Assembly (NCBI GenBank): GCA_027923505.1 | Contig: BROI01000001.1 | Span: 1,116,001 to 1,180,000, forward strand | Direction: 5' to 3' | From: Mayamaea pseudoterrestris | Taxonomy: Eukaryota | DNA: 64,000 nt | Part shown: positions 10,822 to 21,794 of the stretch, in pieces | Numbering within the stretch: the stretch's first letter is position 1 | Layout of the letters: every line of letters begins with the position of its first letter | Notes under the pieces: generated by a model | What the model saw: the letters and a program-made list of their open reading frames with translations, nothing else | Database searches by the model: none | What the model was told of the DNA's origin: nothing | Translations under genes and position numbers: made by a program

Positions 10822-13290
10822 TCACGATCGATAAAACTGAGCGGCCTCCTCATTGAGCAAGGACGACACGGCATCTGCCGACATTTCCTGAAATATGGAA
10901 AGTCCTCGCTGATGTCCAGCAGCACCAGCTCCGCCATTACCACTCGTCGCCACCAAGGGAACCGCCGATGACGATGAAATCTTGCCACGGCTGTTACCAT
11001 TAGTCTGCAAGTCATGATGACGCTTGCACATGCCGTTAATAATTGCTTGCTTGGCACAGTCACCTACCATGCAAAGCTTCTTGCGCGCACCATGCCCAAT
11101 GCATCGTCCACCTTGGACCGCCACCTTTTCGCAGCCCGGAATATCGCAACGCTTGCGAGCCGGCCCGTGCGCACTGCAGAGACCAGCCTTTTTGACATTC
11201 TTGTCACATCCAGGATGCTTGCACTGCTTGCGCTTGGCGCCATGCGCAATGCAGAGTCCGCCTTGAACGACGCGATTCTCGCAATTACCCATTTGGCACT
11301 TGCGGCGGAGTCGCTTGCTCGTGCCACCAGCCGCTAGTCTCGAGCCACTGCCATTCAAATTATTCCCTTCCCCGTCAGTATACTCCTCGGATCCATCCAA
11401 GCTGTGTTCAGCATTGACGCTTCCGCCTTCCGACTTGCGTTCGATAATACCGCAGAACTGGATGCGCCCATGCTCCGGAATGACCACTGACGATGATGCC
11501 GCCACATCGGCATACGACAAGCCCGCGACGCGAGTCGGTCCTTCCTTGACGGTAGGCAATGGCGGCGCAATGGATCTTAGACCAGGCGACGGCTGCTGGT
11601 GCACAAGAGTAACCGACGGACTCGTCGCGGACGCAACCGTTGCTGGTGGCGACGGTGTGCTCTGCCGTGGAGGAGCGTCCATCACCAAAATACTTGCCTT
11701 TGGCATGTCAGAGGTCACTTGTTTCTTCTGCTGATACTGTTCCTCCTGCACTTGCTGCGACTGCGCCTGAGACTCGCGATAGGCTGCCTGTAGTTCATCA
11801 TTCGACGCTTGCAAATTGCGCAAAAACGCATCGTCCGTATCTAGTGCACCACTCGAGTCATTCAAATTTTGCAAAAAGCTCACCGTCGACGACGTGACCC
11901 GATGGTGGCGGCCGCCAAAGAGGTTCAAGCTTGGTGCGTTCATCATGGCATCATCGTCATTATCCAAGTCTGCGCCCAACATGCCGTTCAAGGCGGTGCT
12001 GAAAGACGAGAGTTTGCGATGATGGGCCGCTCGACTAGTCGTCTTTATGCTTGGTTGAAGTACTTTGGTGCCATCACCAACTGCCAATCCAGTGACAAAG
12101 GTTTGCGATCCCCGATTCTGAATGCTATACTGCGGCTGTTGCTGCTGCTGTTCCCAAAAGTGAACGTTCCGCGTCGTTCCTGCAGCGGCAGCATCATTTG
12201 CCGCTGCCATGCGCAAATAGTCGCCATAGCTTGTGGCTGGCGTGAAAATTGCCGCTTCCGATGACAGTCGCTGAATCGGATACTGCGAATTAGACGGAGG
12301 CGGTGGCGGCAACATGCTGGCATATGGATAGTTGGAGGCTGCAGCAGCTGCAACCGTCGAATACAAGAGGGCATGTTGGTTAACAGGAGGAGCGGAAGCA
12401 AAGCCAGGGTAGTTGACAGCCGGTGCATACCCATCCATGGAGGTACTTGCGGCAGTGGTAGTATTCATCCGCGCGGCGGCAAGGTATGATGATGGAGGTG
12501 GTGCAGCCATTTGCTGCTGTTCCTGTCCATTCTGCTGCTGCTCGTAGGATCCAGTGCTAACCAGTCCGAGACTTGGACGAGAGTTGCTGCCGTTTGTATG
12601 ATTCATGGTTGCGTCCGCATCGTCGCCAACTTCAAGTCCATCCTTGCCCTTGGTCTTGACGGCAGCCGTCGAAAGCAACTCTAGTCCCTGTCGTTGCTGC
12701 TGCTGTTGCTGAGGTTGCTTTGGTCTAATCTTTCGCTCGACGCGTCCAACGGAATCCAATCGTCGATGAGCGACCGAGGGATGAACTCCAGTGAGCGACT
12801 CGTCGGAAAACAAGCGACGATGCTTGCGATCCTCCTCACTGATCGCCTTGCCGTCTAGTTCGTCATTGAGTTGCTGAAAGAGACTTGGCTGCTGCTGCTG
12901 AGTTGACGACGAATAGTTATTGTGATTATTCCTCGGACCTCTACCTTCGCCTTCCTCGTGCTTGGAGTTGTGGTCCGTCAAAGTGGCGGCATCCAAAAAA
13001 AGGTCCGACAAGTTGCGCGATCGATGGCCTCGTCGCTTCGTCTTTTTGCTGCCGCCGTGCTGCTGCTGATGATCATTGCTGTTCGCAGCGCTACCATGAT
13101 GGCTCGATTCCTCAACCACCAAGGCAATATCTCCATCCGGAGTGCTTTGATAGTTTGGAAGAGTCGATGCTGTCAATGTTGCTGGAGGAGGACAAGTCGA
13201 CTGGAGCTGCTGCTGTTGCTCTGACTGCTCCTCATGATGCGTGTACATGCTGCTGTTACTGCTGGAAGGCTGCTGCATGGAGGCCATCAT
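10822..13290 (-). CDS. Low-complexity protein with C-terminal WRKY19-like Cx4C...Cx2H zinc-finger repeats (putative transcription factor)
   Basis: Four repeats: CQMGNC..GGLCIAHG, CKHPGC..GLCSAHG, CDIPGC..GGRCIGHG, CMVGDC..GMCKRHH. Confidence 0.88.
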   Translation of the reverse strand: MMASMQQPSSSNSSMYTHHEEQSEQQQQLQSTCPPPATLTASTLPNYQSTPDGDIALVVEESSHHGSAANSNDHQQQHGGSKKTKRRGHRSRNLSDLFLDAATLTDHNSKHEEGEGRGPRNNHNNYSSSTQQQQPSLFQQLNDELDGKAISEEDRKHRRLFSDESLTGVHPSVAHRRLDSVGRVERKIRPKQPQQQQQQRQGLELLSTAAVKTKGKDGLEVGDDADATMNHTNGSNSRPSLGLVSTGSYEQQQNGQEQQQMAAPPPSSYLAAARMNTTTAASTSMDGYAPAVNYPGFASAPPVNQHALLYSTVAAAAASNYPYASMLPPPPPSNSQYPIQRLSSEAAIFTPATSYGDYLRMAAANDAAAAGTTRNVHFWEQQQQQPQYSIQNRGSQTFVTGLAVGDGTKVLQPSIKTTSRAAHHRKLSSFSTALNGMLGADLDNDDDAMMNAPSLNLFGGRHHRVTSSTVSFLQNLNDSSGALDTDDAFLRNLQASNDELQAAYRESQAQSQQVQEEQYQQKKQVTSDMPKASILVMDAPPRQSTPSPPATVASATSPSVTLVHQQPSPGLRSIAPPLPTVKEGPTRVAGLSYADVAASSSVVIPEHGRIQFCGIIERKSEGGSVNAEHSLDGSEEYTDGEGNNLNGSGSRLAAGGTSKRLRRKCQMGNCENRVVQGGLCIAHGAKRKQCKHPGCDKNVKKAGLCSAHGPARKRCDIPGCEKVAVQGGRCIGHGARKKLCMVGDCAKQAIINGMCKRHHDLQTNGNSRGKISSSSAVPLVATSGNGGAGAAGHQRGLSIFQEMSADAVSSLLNEEAAQFYRS

Positions 13291-14185
13291 GGTTTAGAGT
13301 AGACTTGCAGTAAATCAATGGATTCGTCTCGCCGCTGCTGTCACTGCCGCTGCTTGCTGACTGTTCCACAAATGAAGAGAATCTGCAAAAAATCATTCAA
13401 AACAGAGTGAGATTTCTTCCACGGCGAGGTGCGCTTTTGAACGATGCACATGGCGTGACGGAAGGATCCTCATGGTCGGAGCGACAGCAGTTTGAAATTT
13501 GGGCGGAGTCTAAGGCAACGGAACGAAAGAGGTGCAGCTGCGACATGGATCATGTCAGTCGCTCGGAGTCGACGAACGAACTGAAAGGTAGATTCCTCTC
13601 TCTTGCACCTTTACCATAGTCTCACTTCCTCTCCCTTCTCTTACCTCCTTTATACTACTCTCTCTCTATATATCCTCGTCCAATCTCACCAGTACAAGTT
13701 GTCGGAAGGAGGGAGTCAATCACGCTCTTGTGCTGCTCTTGTCATGGTATCGGTGGCAATGGTGACCTACAAAAGGGGGTGGCGAACGACTCATCGCCTT
13801 CTTTCGCGACAATGAGGTCCGGGGGTGCTGGCGCGGAACCTTTATCGACACTGGCACGAACTGTACAACCCGAAGCTCCATGGGGGGGTGACGCCTTTCG
13901 AAGTTCCAATTTCCAACCATGGAACTCGCGTCGATTGAAACCTTCCCGGTCGACTTCAAGCTTGCGATAAGTAGCAGAGATCATGCGATGTATGAGGGTT
14001 GATCATGCGGGATCTACGGTGGAGTAGAGGTTGCAATCGACTATTTAGTAGCCTGTGTATCAGCAGGTGAATGCTCTGGTCTAATATATAGGTTATCCAT
14101 AGGTTGGACGAGGAATCAGGTTGACTAGTAGCTAACCGCATTTAACTTTGCGAGCCAACAAGCTAAGTAGACAAAACAGCACACG

Positions 14186-16276
14186 TCAAACGTAGTCGTC
14201 GCCATCAGTCCACACCGTATCCGGACAAAGCAAATCGGGTAGTTTTATAAAGGTATCGGGATGCTTGCTACCCGTGCCCTCGTTCAAGCTTAAAACTGCG
14301 TCGATCACGGCGCGCCGATAGGATCCAAGGCGAGCAATATCGCGTTCTTTCAACCAGTCGCGATAGGTAAAGGCGCCAATGCATCGAGGTGCTGCCATAC
14401 ACTGGGCTTGTGACTGTTCAATCATTCGGTCTACTCGGTCGAGAGAATACCGAGAGTCGTACGAAGCTTCCAGCTTCATGTCGAGCATGCTTTCCATGGT
14501 TAAATGCTGATTATCAGCAGGCTTTACTACCGGGCGACGTGACCGCAAAAGCTTTCTGGCTGGCACCTTGCGTTGCGCTAATTCCGCCGCCACTGATGAT
14601 GGAGGTTTGGTCGCTGCGGCGCCTTCGTTCGAGCCAATGTCCCGATGACTAGCAGGGAACGAGTCGAGTAGAAATGACAGCGAAGGCATGGAGCGCATCG
14701 CAGGCTTTGTTAAATTGTCATCGCCACTGCTTGCGCGCGTTTGCCTCGACTGTGACTCATCGTGATGACTGGCTAGTTGCGAACCTGTCGCATCATCTCG
14801 AGGCGGCACTTCATCCGCAACAATGCCTCCTGCTCCTCTTTCGTCTTCACGCGTATCTGACGATGTAGATTTATTGGCTCCACTCGTTAGCTTTCGGTAG
14901 TCCACTTCCGCAGGTGGCGCAATATGATTCACCTTTAACCGTTTCGCCGAAGGCGTTGGTGCGAATGCGGCTGCCTGCGACGATGCCTTCGACAGGCTCA
15001 ACTTTAAACCACCATCCCTTCCACCATGATTCTGCGGACTGTCCGTTGTCAAAATGCGCTTGTTCATCCTCTTGGCATCCATCAAATCCGGCGTCACGAC
15101 GTTCACTGGAGGCGCGCCGACCAAGTCGCGACGAACTACGCTGACACTCGTCGGGCCTGATTCTGTAGATGCTATTGCATAATCCTTGCTTTTGCTTCGT
15201 GGAATATCACCAATATTCTGATATGTCTCGTCAAGTTTTGCCAAAATAGTCGGTGCCTGCTTGCGACAAAACATTGTCGAGTCGCTCGCTCCATGGACAG
15301 TAACTTGCCTGTTGCTGTCAGAAAAGAGGTTGCGTCGAGCAGGAGAGTCACCCTTCGTGAATCCCAGAGTCTTGCCGCCACCATTACAGCCATTATTGTC
15401 CTGACTTTGGCTGCTAATTCCACTCGAGTCAACGGATGAGTCCGTTAATTGTAGTTGGTAACGTCTATGCTGCTTTGACCTGTTCGGTGCAACAGTCGCA
15501 TGCAGCCATCCGTCACTGCTTGCATTTACAGTATCGCAACAAGCGTTTGAGGCTGCCAAACTCAATGTAATTTTGCTACTTTTGCCAGTTTGCTTTTGTG
15601 TCGACTGGCATTCCGACGCCCACGGATCACGCAGCAATCGCCGTGCCTGCTCCAGAGTATTTTGCGTATTGTATGAATTCTCGTCTTCACTGCCCGATAC
15701 GTCATCGTCTAGATCATTCATTTGTTTAATAGATACTTGCTTCTCAAGCGTAGTGCCTGAATATTGCTCGACAAGTTCCAATTGAAACCGCATCCAAACT
15801 TCCGTTAATCCAGCCACGCGTACATGTACACCTTGCTTGGTCGCCAGTCGCCCTTTGAGTTGAAAGAACTGCTTGTGACTGGCTATAATCTTACACTTTT
15901 CGTCTTTTGAAACGTGAATGGCTCTACGAGAAAGTAATTCGTAGTTGTGTTGAGGTTTTCGTCGTCGGCGTCGTCGCCTCGTGTCATTGAGACTGTCATC
16001 GTCTGCATCCAAAATTCCCTGCGCTGATCCATTCACCACCTTTCGAATATTATGACAATATTTTTCGCAAACGTCTTTATAGTCAGAAGAATTGGCTGGC
16101 GTCAGTTTGCACTGAAAGGGACAGTTCATCCACCAGAGTTCGCATAGCTCCTGACGACCAAGAGTGACGGGGAGTTGCGTGTAAATCAGCGGCTCGGACG
16201 AATGTTCAGGATGACTCTCGTATATGGGGGTCACGCGAAGAGCTTTTTGTTCAGTACGGGGACGTTTGGATGCCAT
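14186..16276 (-). CDS. Hypothetical protein, largely disordered, possible NLS
   Basis: 696-aa uninterrupted ATG-initiated ORF with an RRRRRRRK cluster; no recognised domain. Confidence 0.7.
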   Translation of the reverse strand: MASKRPRTEQKALRVTPIYESHPEHSSEPLIYTQLPVTLGRQELCELWWMNCPFQCKLTPANSSDYKDVCEKYCHNIRKVVNGSAQGILDADDDSLNDTRRRRRRRKPQHNYELLSRRAIHVSKDEKCKIIASHKQFFQLKGRLATKQGVHVRVAGLTEVWMRFQLELVEQYSGTTLEKQVSIKQMNDLDDDVSGSEDENSYNTQNTLEQARRLLRDPWASECQSTQKQTGKSSKITLSLAASNACCDTVNASSDGWLHATVAPNRSKQHRRYQLQLTDSSVDSSGISSQSQDNNGCNGGGKTLGFTKGDSPARRNLFSDSNRQVTVHGASDSTMFCRKQAPTILAKLDETYQNIGDIPRSKSKDYAIASTESGPTSVSVVRRDLVGAPPVNVVTPDLMDAKRMNKRILTTDSPQNHGGRDGGLKLSLSKASSQAAAFAPTPSAKRLKVNHIAPPAEVDYRKLTSGANKSTSSDTREDERGAGGIVADEVPPRDDATGSQLASHHDESQSRQTRASSGDDNLTKPAMRSMPSLSFLLDSFPASHRDIGSNEGAAATKPPSSVAAELAQRKVPARKLLRSRRPVVKPADNQHLTMESMLDMKLEASYDSRYSLDRVDRMIEQSQAQCMAAPRCIGAFTYRDWLKERDIARLGSYRRAVIDAVLSLNEGTGSKHPDTFIKLPDLLCPDTVWTDGDDYV

Positions 16277-16593
16277 AATGTGACTGTAAGGTCGCAGCGA
16301 GCGTTGGATAAATCGCGTCGACCGCCATGGTCGATTGTGCGGTTTTGTGCGATCGGCTGGCGATGATTTATCGCAGCGGTTTCACAAGATTAGCTATTTA
16401 TTTGTCGCCAGTCCACCAATTCAGTCGTCATCGGAATGGTAATGCATCTGCTCCGACAGATCCCACAGACTATAAACAAAACAACACGCGGCACGGAGAA
16501 GAAGATGCAAAAGATTATTACTATGAGGGATAATTTTGATGGAGTTTCTTCTACTTACAAGTGAGCTTTTGCTCCCGGCAGGGGTACCGGTAG

Positions 16594-17916
16594 TCAGCGC
16601 TCCTTGGCTTTGGGTGCGGAATCTGCTTCCTCGTCGACCAGTCTCACACGCGAGGACTCCTTCTCGTCAATAAACAAGCAGGGGGATTTCTTTAAATGAG
16701 GAAAGTACACCTTGACCATTGAGCCATCAAAAGTGACGATTGATTCCGTCATTACCTTGCCCCTGCACCAACCCAACTCATCGTTGTAATAGTACTCGAC
16801 GATCATTCCGGGAAGTAGTTTCGTATCCCAAGCAAATGAAGCAGGCAGAGGTCTCTTGTCATTTTCTACATTCTTCGCCGCCAGCAATCCAACCGGCTCG
16901 ACATCATTATTTACAGTTAGTCCAAGATTTGACCCCGCATCGGAAACGGAGAGTTGCTGACGAAGCAGCCCCAGCATTACCCGCATTCGCTCCACAGAGT
17001 CAGTCATGGAGAGGTAAATTCGTCGTTCATCATTTGTCAGCCTGACAAACTCCATGCTCAACAAGCCGATGCAATAGTACTTCTCTTCAATACTTGGGTA
17101 AAGGTCATCAATAATTCTCGATACGTAGTCCAATGCGCGTGCCTTTTGACATTGAACATTTGACTGCTCAGGCTCAGCCTTTTTCAGATGCTGATGAACA
17201 TGAGCGTGCATTGCATCCATTAGCGTCGCCATGAGCTCGTCTGCCTCGTGTCTCTCCACGCCCTTAGATAGTTCCTGGCTGTCATTGCCCTTGCCATCGC
17301 GCGGCCTCGTTTTGTCAATAACTTTTTGATCAAATAGTTCATCCACTAAGACTACTGGGAATGGATTCGTCGATAACACTTCCTTGACAATGAAACGCCA
17401 TTTTCCGTTCGTACTAACCAAAGGCGATAGCTTCGGCGAAACTCCCGTTGACTTGATTTCGTCGTCCTCCCTCAATGATTCAGCACAGAAAGCTTGGACG
17501 ACGCATCCAACGGCTCCTACGAGCGATTTATTAGCGCGGCCATCATGTAGAGCCACAATACCCATCCGCCCACCTTGCTCCAGAAATGCATGGCGGAAGA
17601 ATCGACGATGTTCCCGTGTCGAAAGTCTCACGCCACCTAGTCCCATTCCCGACAGCTCGTACGGTAGATGATCAGCGGGTAGCGGAAACGCCATCACGTC
17701 CTCGTCAACAAAGGGTGGAGCAAGAACGAGCTTGACGTTTTGGAGTACCGCTCGAATCTTTGGTGAAAGATAGACCGATGCCGCATTTGGATGAATGAGT
17801 TTTTGCGGCAATGCCTGCTGCTGTAATTGCTTCGGATAGCGCACTGCAAAGCAGCTCGAGCTGTCAAATAGGCCGAGTAGGTTCACAGCCCACAAGCGAG
17901 TCTTCAATTTCGCCAT
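16594..17916 (-). CDS. Divergent LON substrate-binding-domain-like protein, possibly plastid-targeted, with SH3/Tudor-like C-terminus
   Basis: 440-aa ORF. VGCVV, WRFIVKEVLSTNPFPVVLVDEL and LSMTDSVERMRVML resemble the Lon N-domain; GMIVEYYYNDELGWCRGKV at the C-terminus. Confidence 0.55.
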   Translation of the reverse strand: MAKLKTRLWAVNLLGLFDSSSCFAVRYPKQLQQQALPQKLIHPNAASVYLSPKIRAVLQNVKLVLAPPFVDEDVMAFPLPADHLPYELSGMGLGGVRLSTREHRRFFRHAFLEQGGRMGIVALHDGRANKSLVGAVGCVVQAFCAESLREDDEIKSTGVSPKLSPLVSTNGKWRFIVKEVLSTNPFPVVLVDELFDQKVIDKTRPRDGKGNDSQELSKGVERHEADELMATLMDAMHAHVHQHLKKAEPEQSNVQCQKARALDYVSRIIDDLYPSIEEKYYCIGLLSMEFVRLTNDERRIYLSMTDSVERMRVMLGLLRQQLSVSDAGSNLGLTVNNDVEPVGLLAAKNVENDKRPLPASFAWDTKLLPGMIVEYYYNDELGWCRGKVMTESIVTFDGSMVKVYFPHLKKSPCLFIDEKESSRVRLVDEEADSAPKAKER

Positions 17917-18412
17917 GGTCGTCCACGGCGAGTGCTCTCACGCTTGATTTCACGGAATGAAGCGACATTCTCGTGTGTCTTTGGGCGCACCTCGAGAGTC
18001 AAGTCGTTTGCTCGTAAACCGCATTTATTCGCGAATACTGAGTCTTCCATGGAGCGAGATTCTTTCAAAATGTCCTCGTGGTAGGCCATTTGATTAATCG
18101 ATTGTTGGATCTGAATCATACGCGTCTTACAAGTGATTAAAAGGACTATTGCGTCTAGTCATGGGCCTCGGGGTCACGCACTTGTGCATCCCAAACCCAG
18201 TCGGCGACGATTGACAATCGTCCAAGACTGTAAGTCCAAGTCAAACGAAATCAAGCACCAGGCTCACCAATGTTGTAAAGCGGGTAACAAAGTATCTATG
18301 TAAATGGGTGTATATTTATGTAGAAGTCTATCATGCATGATTCATAAAGCAGCAGCATGTTGGAATATAATGTATATTCAAGCAACGCATCCGTAATAGC
18401 CATGTCCAGCAA

Positions 18413-19036
18413 TCAAATTACATATCGTTGCAGGTACACATGCCCATTGCAAAAGGGCGATGGCGTGAGCTCCTCGCGATTCTTCCGATAGGCCCACGCC
18501 ATGATCAGTTCAATCTTGCGTCGGCGGTCCATTTGCCGAATCTGGTTGTGTGTATATCCAGCCTTGCGGAGTCGATCATATCGTTCCTGCATGGTGAGTG
18601 GCTCGTAGTCGTTGGCCGTCTTGTAAGAATCAGCCTTGTTGTGCTGAGCCTCCTCAAACTCATCGACTGAGTATCGCTCCGGCTCATCGTAATCCCAGTC
18701 CAATCCCAACGGCATATCCGTCCATGCATTGTCACCCAACGTGATGCGATAGGGACGAATCTCAACGTCTGAGAATCTCACTGAATGTTGCGACGAGTTG
18801 GATGAATTCTGGGTATCTTGGGTGGTGCTTGTCGATTCCTTATTTAACGTTTTCGGTGGATGCAGCTTGGGTGCCTCTGGTGATGGTGGAGGCGTTTGCA
18901 TTGGCATTTCTTTTCGGTGGATCTTGTCATCCGCAAACATTTCGGCCGAAGATAGACTCGTACAGGATGGAGCCTGATTGATGGCCAGGAGGTTGCCCTG
19001 TCGTTTGCGATTGCGGTTCCATTTCCAACTTGTCAT
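18413..19036 (-). CDS. Diatom-type hypothetical protein
   Basis: VRFSDVEIRPYRITLGDN..PLGLDWDY..SVDEFE..ERYDRLRKAGY, a motif string I recognise from uncharacterised diatom proteins. Confidence 0.75.
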   Translation of the reverse strand: MTSWKWNRNRKRQGNLLAINQAPSCTSLSSAEMFADDKIHRKEMPMQTPPPSPEAPKLHPPKTLNKESTSTTQDTQNSSNSSQHSVRFSDVEIRPYRITLGDNAWTDMPLGLDWDYDEPERYSVDEFEEAQHNKADSYKTANDYEPLTMQERYDRLRKAGYTHNQIRQMDRRRKIELIMAWAYRKNREELTPSPFCNGHVYLQRYVI

Positions 19037-19848
19037 GTTGCGCGATGGTGTGGGAGGATGTTGTTGATGCTGTATCTATTGTTGTGATCCAATGAGATGT
19101 TTTCAGAATTCCATTCGCCGTTTGCGACGGAGCATGTTGGTCGGGCTTGTCTAGGAGAGAGCGCTCGATTGAAGGTAATCTGTCAACTCTCGTGCTCATC
19201 ACGGAACAAGCGTTCGAAAGATCCCAAGTCACGCTGCTTCCTTCGCTTTGCGAAGCATCGGCTAAATACGTGTCGCATTGGTGATTACTGGTGTCATTCA
19301 GCGTTCCTATTGGTTCGAAAATCGAGCCGGGCGAGAAAACGTTTTGTTCACACGACTGATTCAAGCGCTCGAGCTGTGCTACCACTTCTTTGCTCCCGCA
19401 ACCATGGCGCACCTGCCAATAACGACGGCTTTATAACGACTGATAATGTACGAGAAAGGGTGAGTGTCTAGGCTTGGGCTAGATTCTCGTCTGATAGCCA
19501 CTTTACGCGTCCGAAGAGTGAGCGACATGCGTACTTGATCTCACTGGCCGCTATAACAATGGCATCATGCAGCTGTAGCCAGTAAAGTAACGCAATTAAG
19601 GCAGCGCTCCTTGTGCATCAGAAAAATGGTGAAGGTAAAGCGACATCACGGGTAGCATCAAAAGGGAGTGACACCTAGACGATTGGAATCACTCGGCAGC
19701 TATACAGCAACAACAATGTTCTCTGTCGCTCTATCGCTTACGGCAAAAGCCAAATTCTTAAATCAAGGATTATGTTTTAACAATGCTATATTTGCGCGAT
19801 CTGTTGCTGACTCCTACTTTACGCTCAATCGATTCCTTCAATGTCAAC

Positions 19849-20403
19849 TCAACATCCATACAAGCCCAGCGGGCCGGTTCCTCGCTGCAGCCGCACTCGC
19901 GCCGTCTCGACCACACGGACATTTTCACAATCCAAGTAACCATCGCTTCGTACGAACAAGTGCAAGGGCGTATCGCCCTGATGGTTTCGGACGCCCATGG
20001 CTTGAGGACACCATGTTGCCAAGTTGTGGACAATGTGAATGTCTGTCTCGGAAACCATGTGGCGACAGAGTGAATGAAGTGGCGTGTTTCCGTTATTGTC
20101 CACCGCCATCAAGTAGTCGGGACGTTCGTTGGCTGGAACGAGTGAAAGCATTTCAATAATGAGCGAGTTCGGCGCATCCTTGGATATGGCGTGTAGTGGA
20201 GACTCGCCAAAGCGGTTGCACTGCGTCAGAGCCGTGCGAATGGAGATTTCGTCTCCTTCCGAGCGAAGAAGCTCTAGGGTTTCCGAAAGGCTCGTCCACT
20301 TGAGCTTGCGAATGTATCGGTGTAGCTTGCGGGCGCCGTCCGAGAGTCTGTCCTCATCTTCGGTGTCGGAGGAGCGAGATTGAAGGCGACTGCGATGCGG
20401 CAT
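19849..20403 (-). CDS. Short ankyrin-repeat protein, possibly truncated
   Basis: Three ankyrin cores: GESPLHAI, GNTPLHSLC, GDTPLHLFV. Confidence 0.75.
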   Translation of the reverse strand: MPHRSRLQSRSSDTEDEDRLSDGARKLHRYIRKLKWTSLSETLELLRSEGDEISIRTALTQCNRFGESPLHAISKDAPNSLIIEMLSLVPANERPDYLMAVDNNGNTPLHSLCRHMVSETDIHIVHNLATWCPQAMGVRNHQGDTPLHLFVRSDGYLDCENVRVVETARVRLQRGTGPLGLYGC

Positions 20404-20897
20404 GGCGATGATATGAATGCTTGATTGATAAAATTGGTAGACCAGAGTATGCAACTGTGATGGAGTTTGGATCGTTCTTATAATTGTGAGGACAATTTGC
20501 TGGTCAAAGTAAACAGCGAAAGCGGTTCCCCGCGATTCGGAGGAACTTCCATCCAGTTGAAGTTCCGAGAATGACCAGGAGTGACATTAAACTTCGATAT
20601 AAGCTTCGGCGTCACTAGCGTGAAATTGTTCGAATTCGGAGTAAAGGGATTGACCGACGGACCTCTATAACTCCTTATTGCCCCGCAAATAGGCCCAAAG
20701 ATTCACGATCACAATTGATGATGACTGAAACCGGAAAAATGATTGGCGGATGTCATGACACCAGTCATTTGGGTCATTCATCGCAACGAAAGATCGTCCG
20801 AATCGTTTGCGCATGCTGGTCGTTAAAGTTGATCCCATTGTCCTTCGCACCATCAACCCATCTCCATCATTTTCCATTGAACCTCCTGTCTGTAAAC

Positions 20898-21794
20898 ATG
20901 CCTAGCCGAGATGACGACAGCTCCTCCTCCGAGTCTACTGTGAGCTCCATTGAGGAATACACTCCACCCGCACGAAAAGCTCCTGCTCGCACACAGAGCA
21001 TGGTCACCAAGCCAACATTTGCTGCCAAAACAACTTCGTCCGCCCGATCCACATCCGCAACCGTCGTTTCCGACTCTGATGACGACTCAGATGATTCTAG
21101 CGACGACGAAGCTGCCAAGCAAAAGAAAAAGACGATTGTCCGCCGCGCTCCTGCGCGAGCCCTCTCCATGCCAGTGACCAAGGCCAAGGGCAGCAGCAGC
21201 GACAACGCTGCTGGCGTATACATTAACGAAACAACCCTCCTCATGTCCAAGCAGGCCGCCGACATGGCTGCATCTCTCAAAATGAGCATGGATGCAGCGT
21301 CAGTGCATTCTCGTGATAATGAGGTTGAAGCAGTCATTGACTTTACAGCCGACCTGTGTGACTTCAAGGCACTTGACATTGGAACGGCCGTCAAACCGAA
21401 AAAAGACAAGAAAGGAAAGAAAGGCGACAAGGCCATTTCAGTCCGTGAACTTGGCAAGATGTCTATTGAAGCCAAGAAGGAGGAGCGCATGGAGCGAGTC
21501 CGGCAGCGCATTGAAGCCGAGGAAGATCGCAAGCAAAAGGAACTATATCACGCCAAGATGAAGGAGATTGAGGATAAGAAGGCTGACATGTCGGAAGCTG
21601 GCCGACGCAAGCGTTGCTGGGAGTGGTACTCGCGGACTGGAATGATTAGCAAGGCAGCCTTTATAGAAAAGATTCCCTACCTTCCGCCGGCTGCTTCGTT
21701 GGATGAAGCAGACGTCGAGTTGCTCCCTTGGAATGCTCGCGGAACCATGGTCAATGTGGCCAAGTTGAATGGCATGCTCTTGTCATCATCGTAG
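20898..21794 (+). CDS. Hypothetical protein (Ser/Asp-rich N-terminus, coiled coil, WEWY...ELLPWN C-terminal domain)
   Basis: ATG at 20898 within a 359-codon ORF; coherent protein-like composition. Confidence 0.75.
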   Translation: MPSRDDDSSSSESTVSSIEEYTPPARKAPARTQSMVTKPTFAAKTTSSARSTSATVVSDSDDDSDDSSDDEAAKQKKKTIVRRAPARALSMPVTKAKGSSSDNAAGVYINETTLLMSKQAADMAASLKMSMDAASVHSRDNEVEAVIDFTADLCDFKALDIGTAVKPKKDKKGKKGDKAISVRELGKMSIEAKKEERMERVRQRIEAEEDRKQKELYHAKMKEIEDKKADMSEAGRRKRCWEWYSRTGMISKAAFIEKIPYLPPAASLDEADVELLPWNARGTMVNVAKLNGMLLSSS

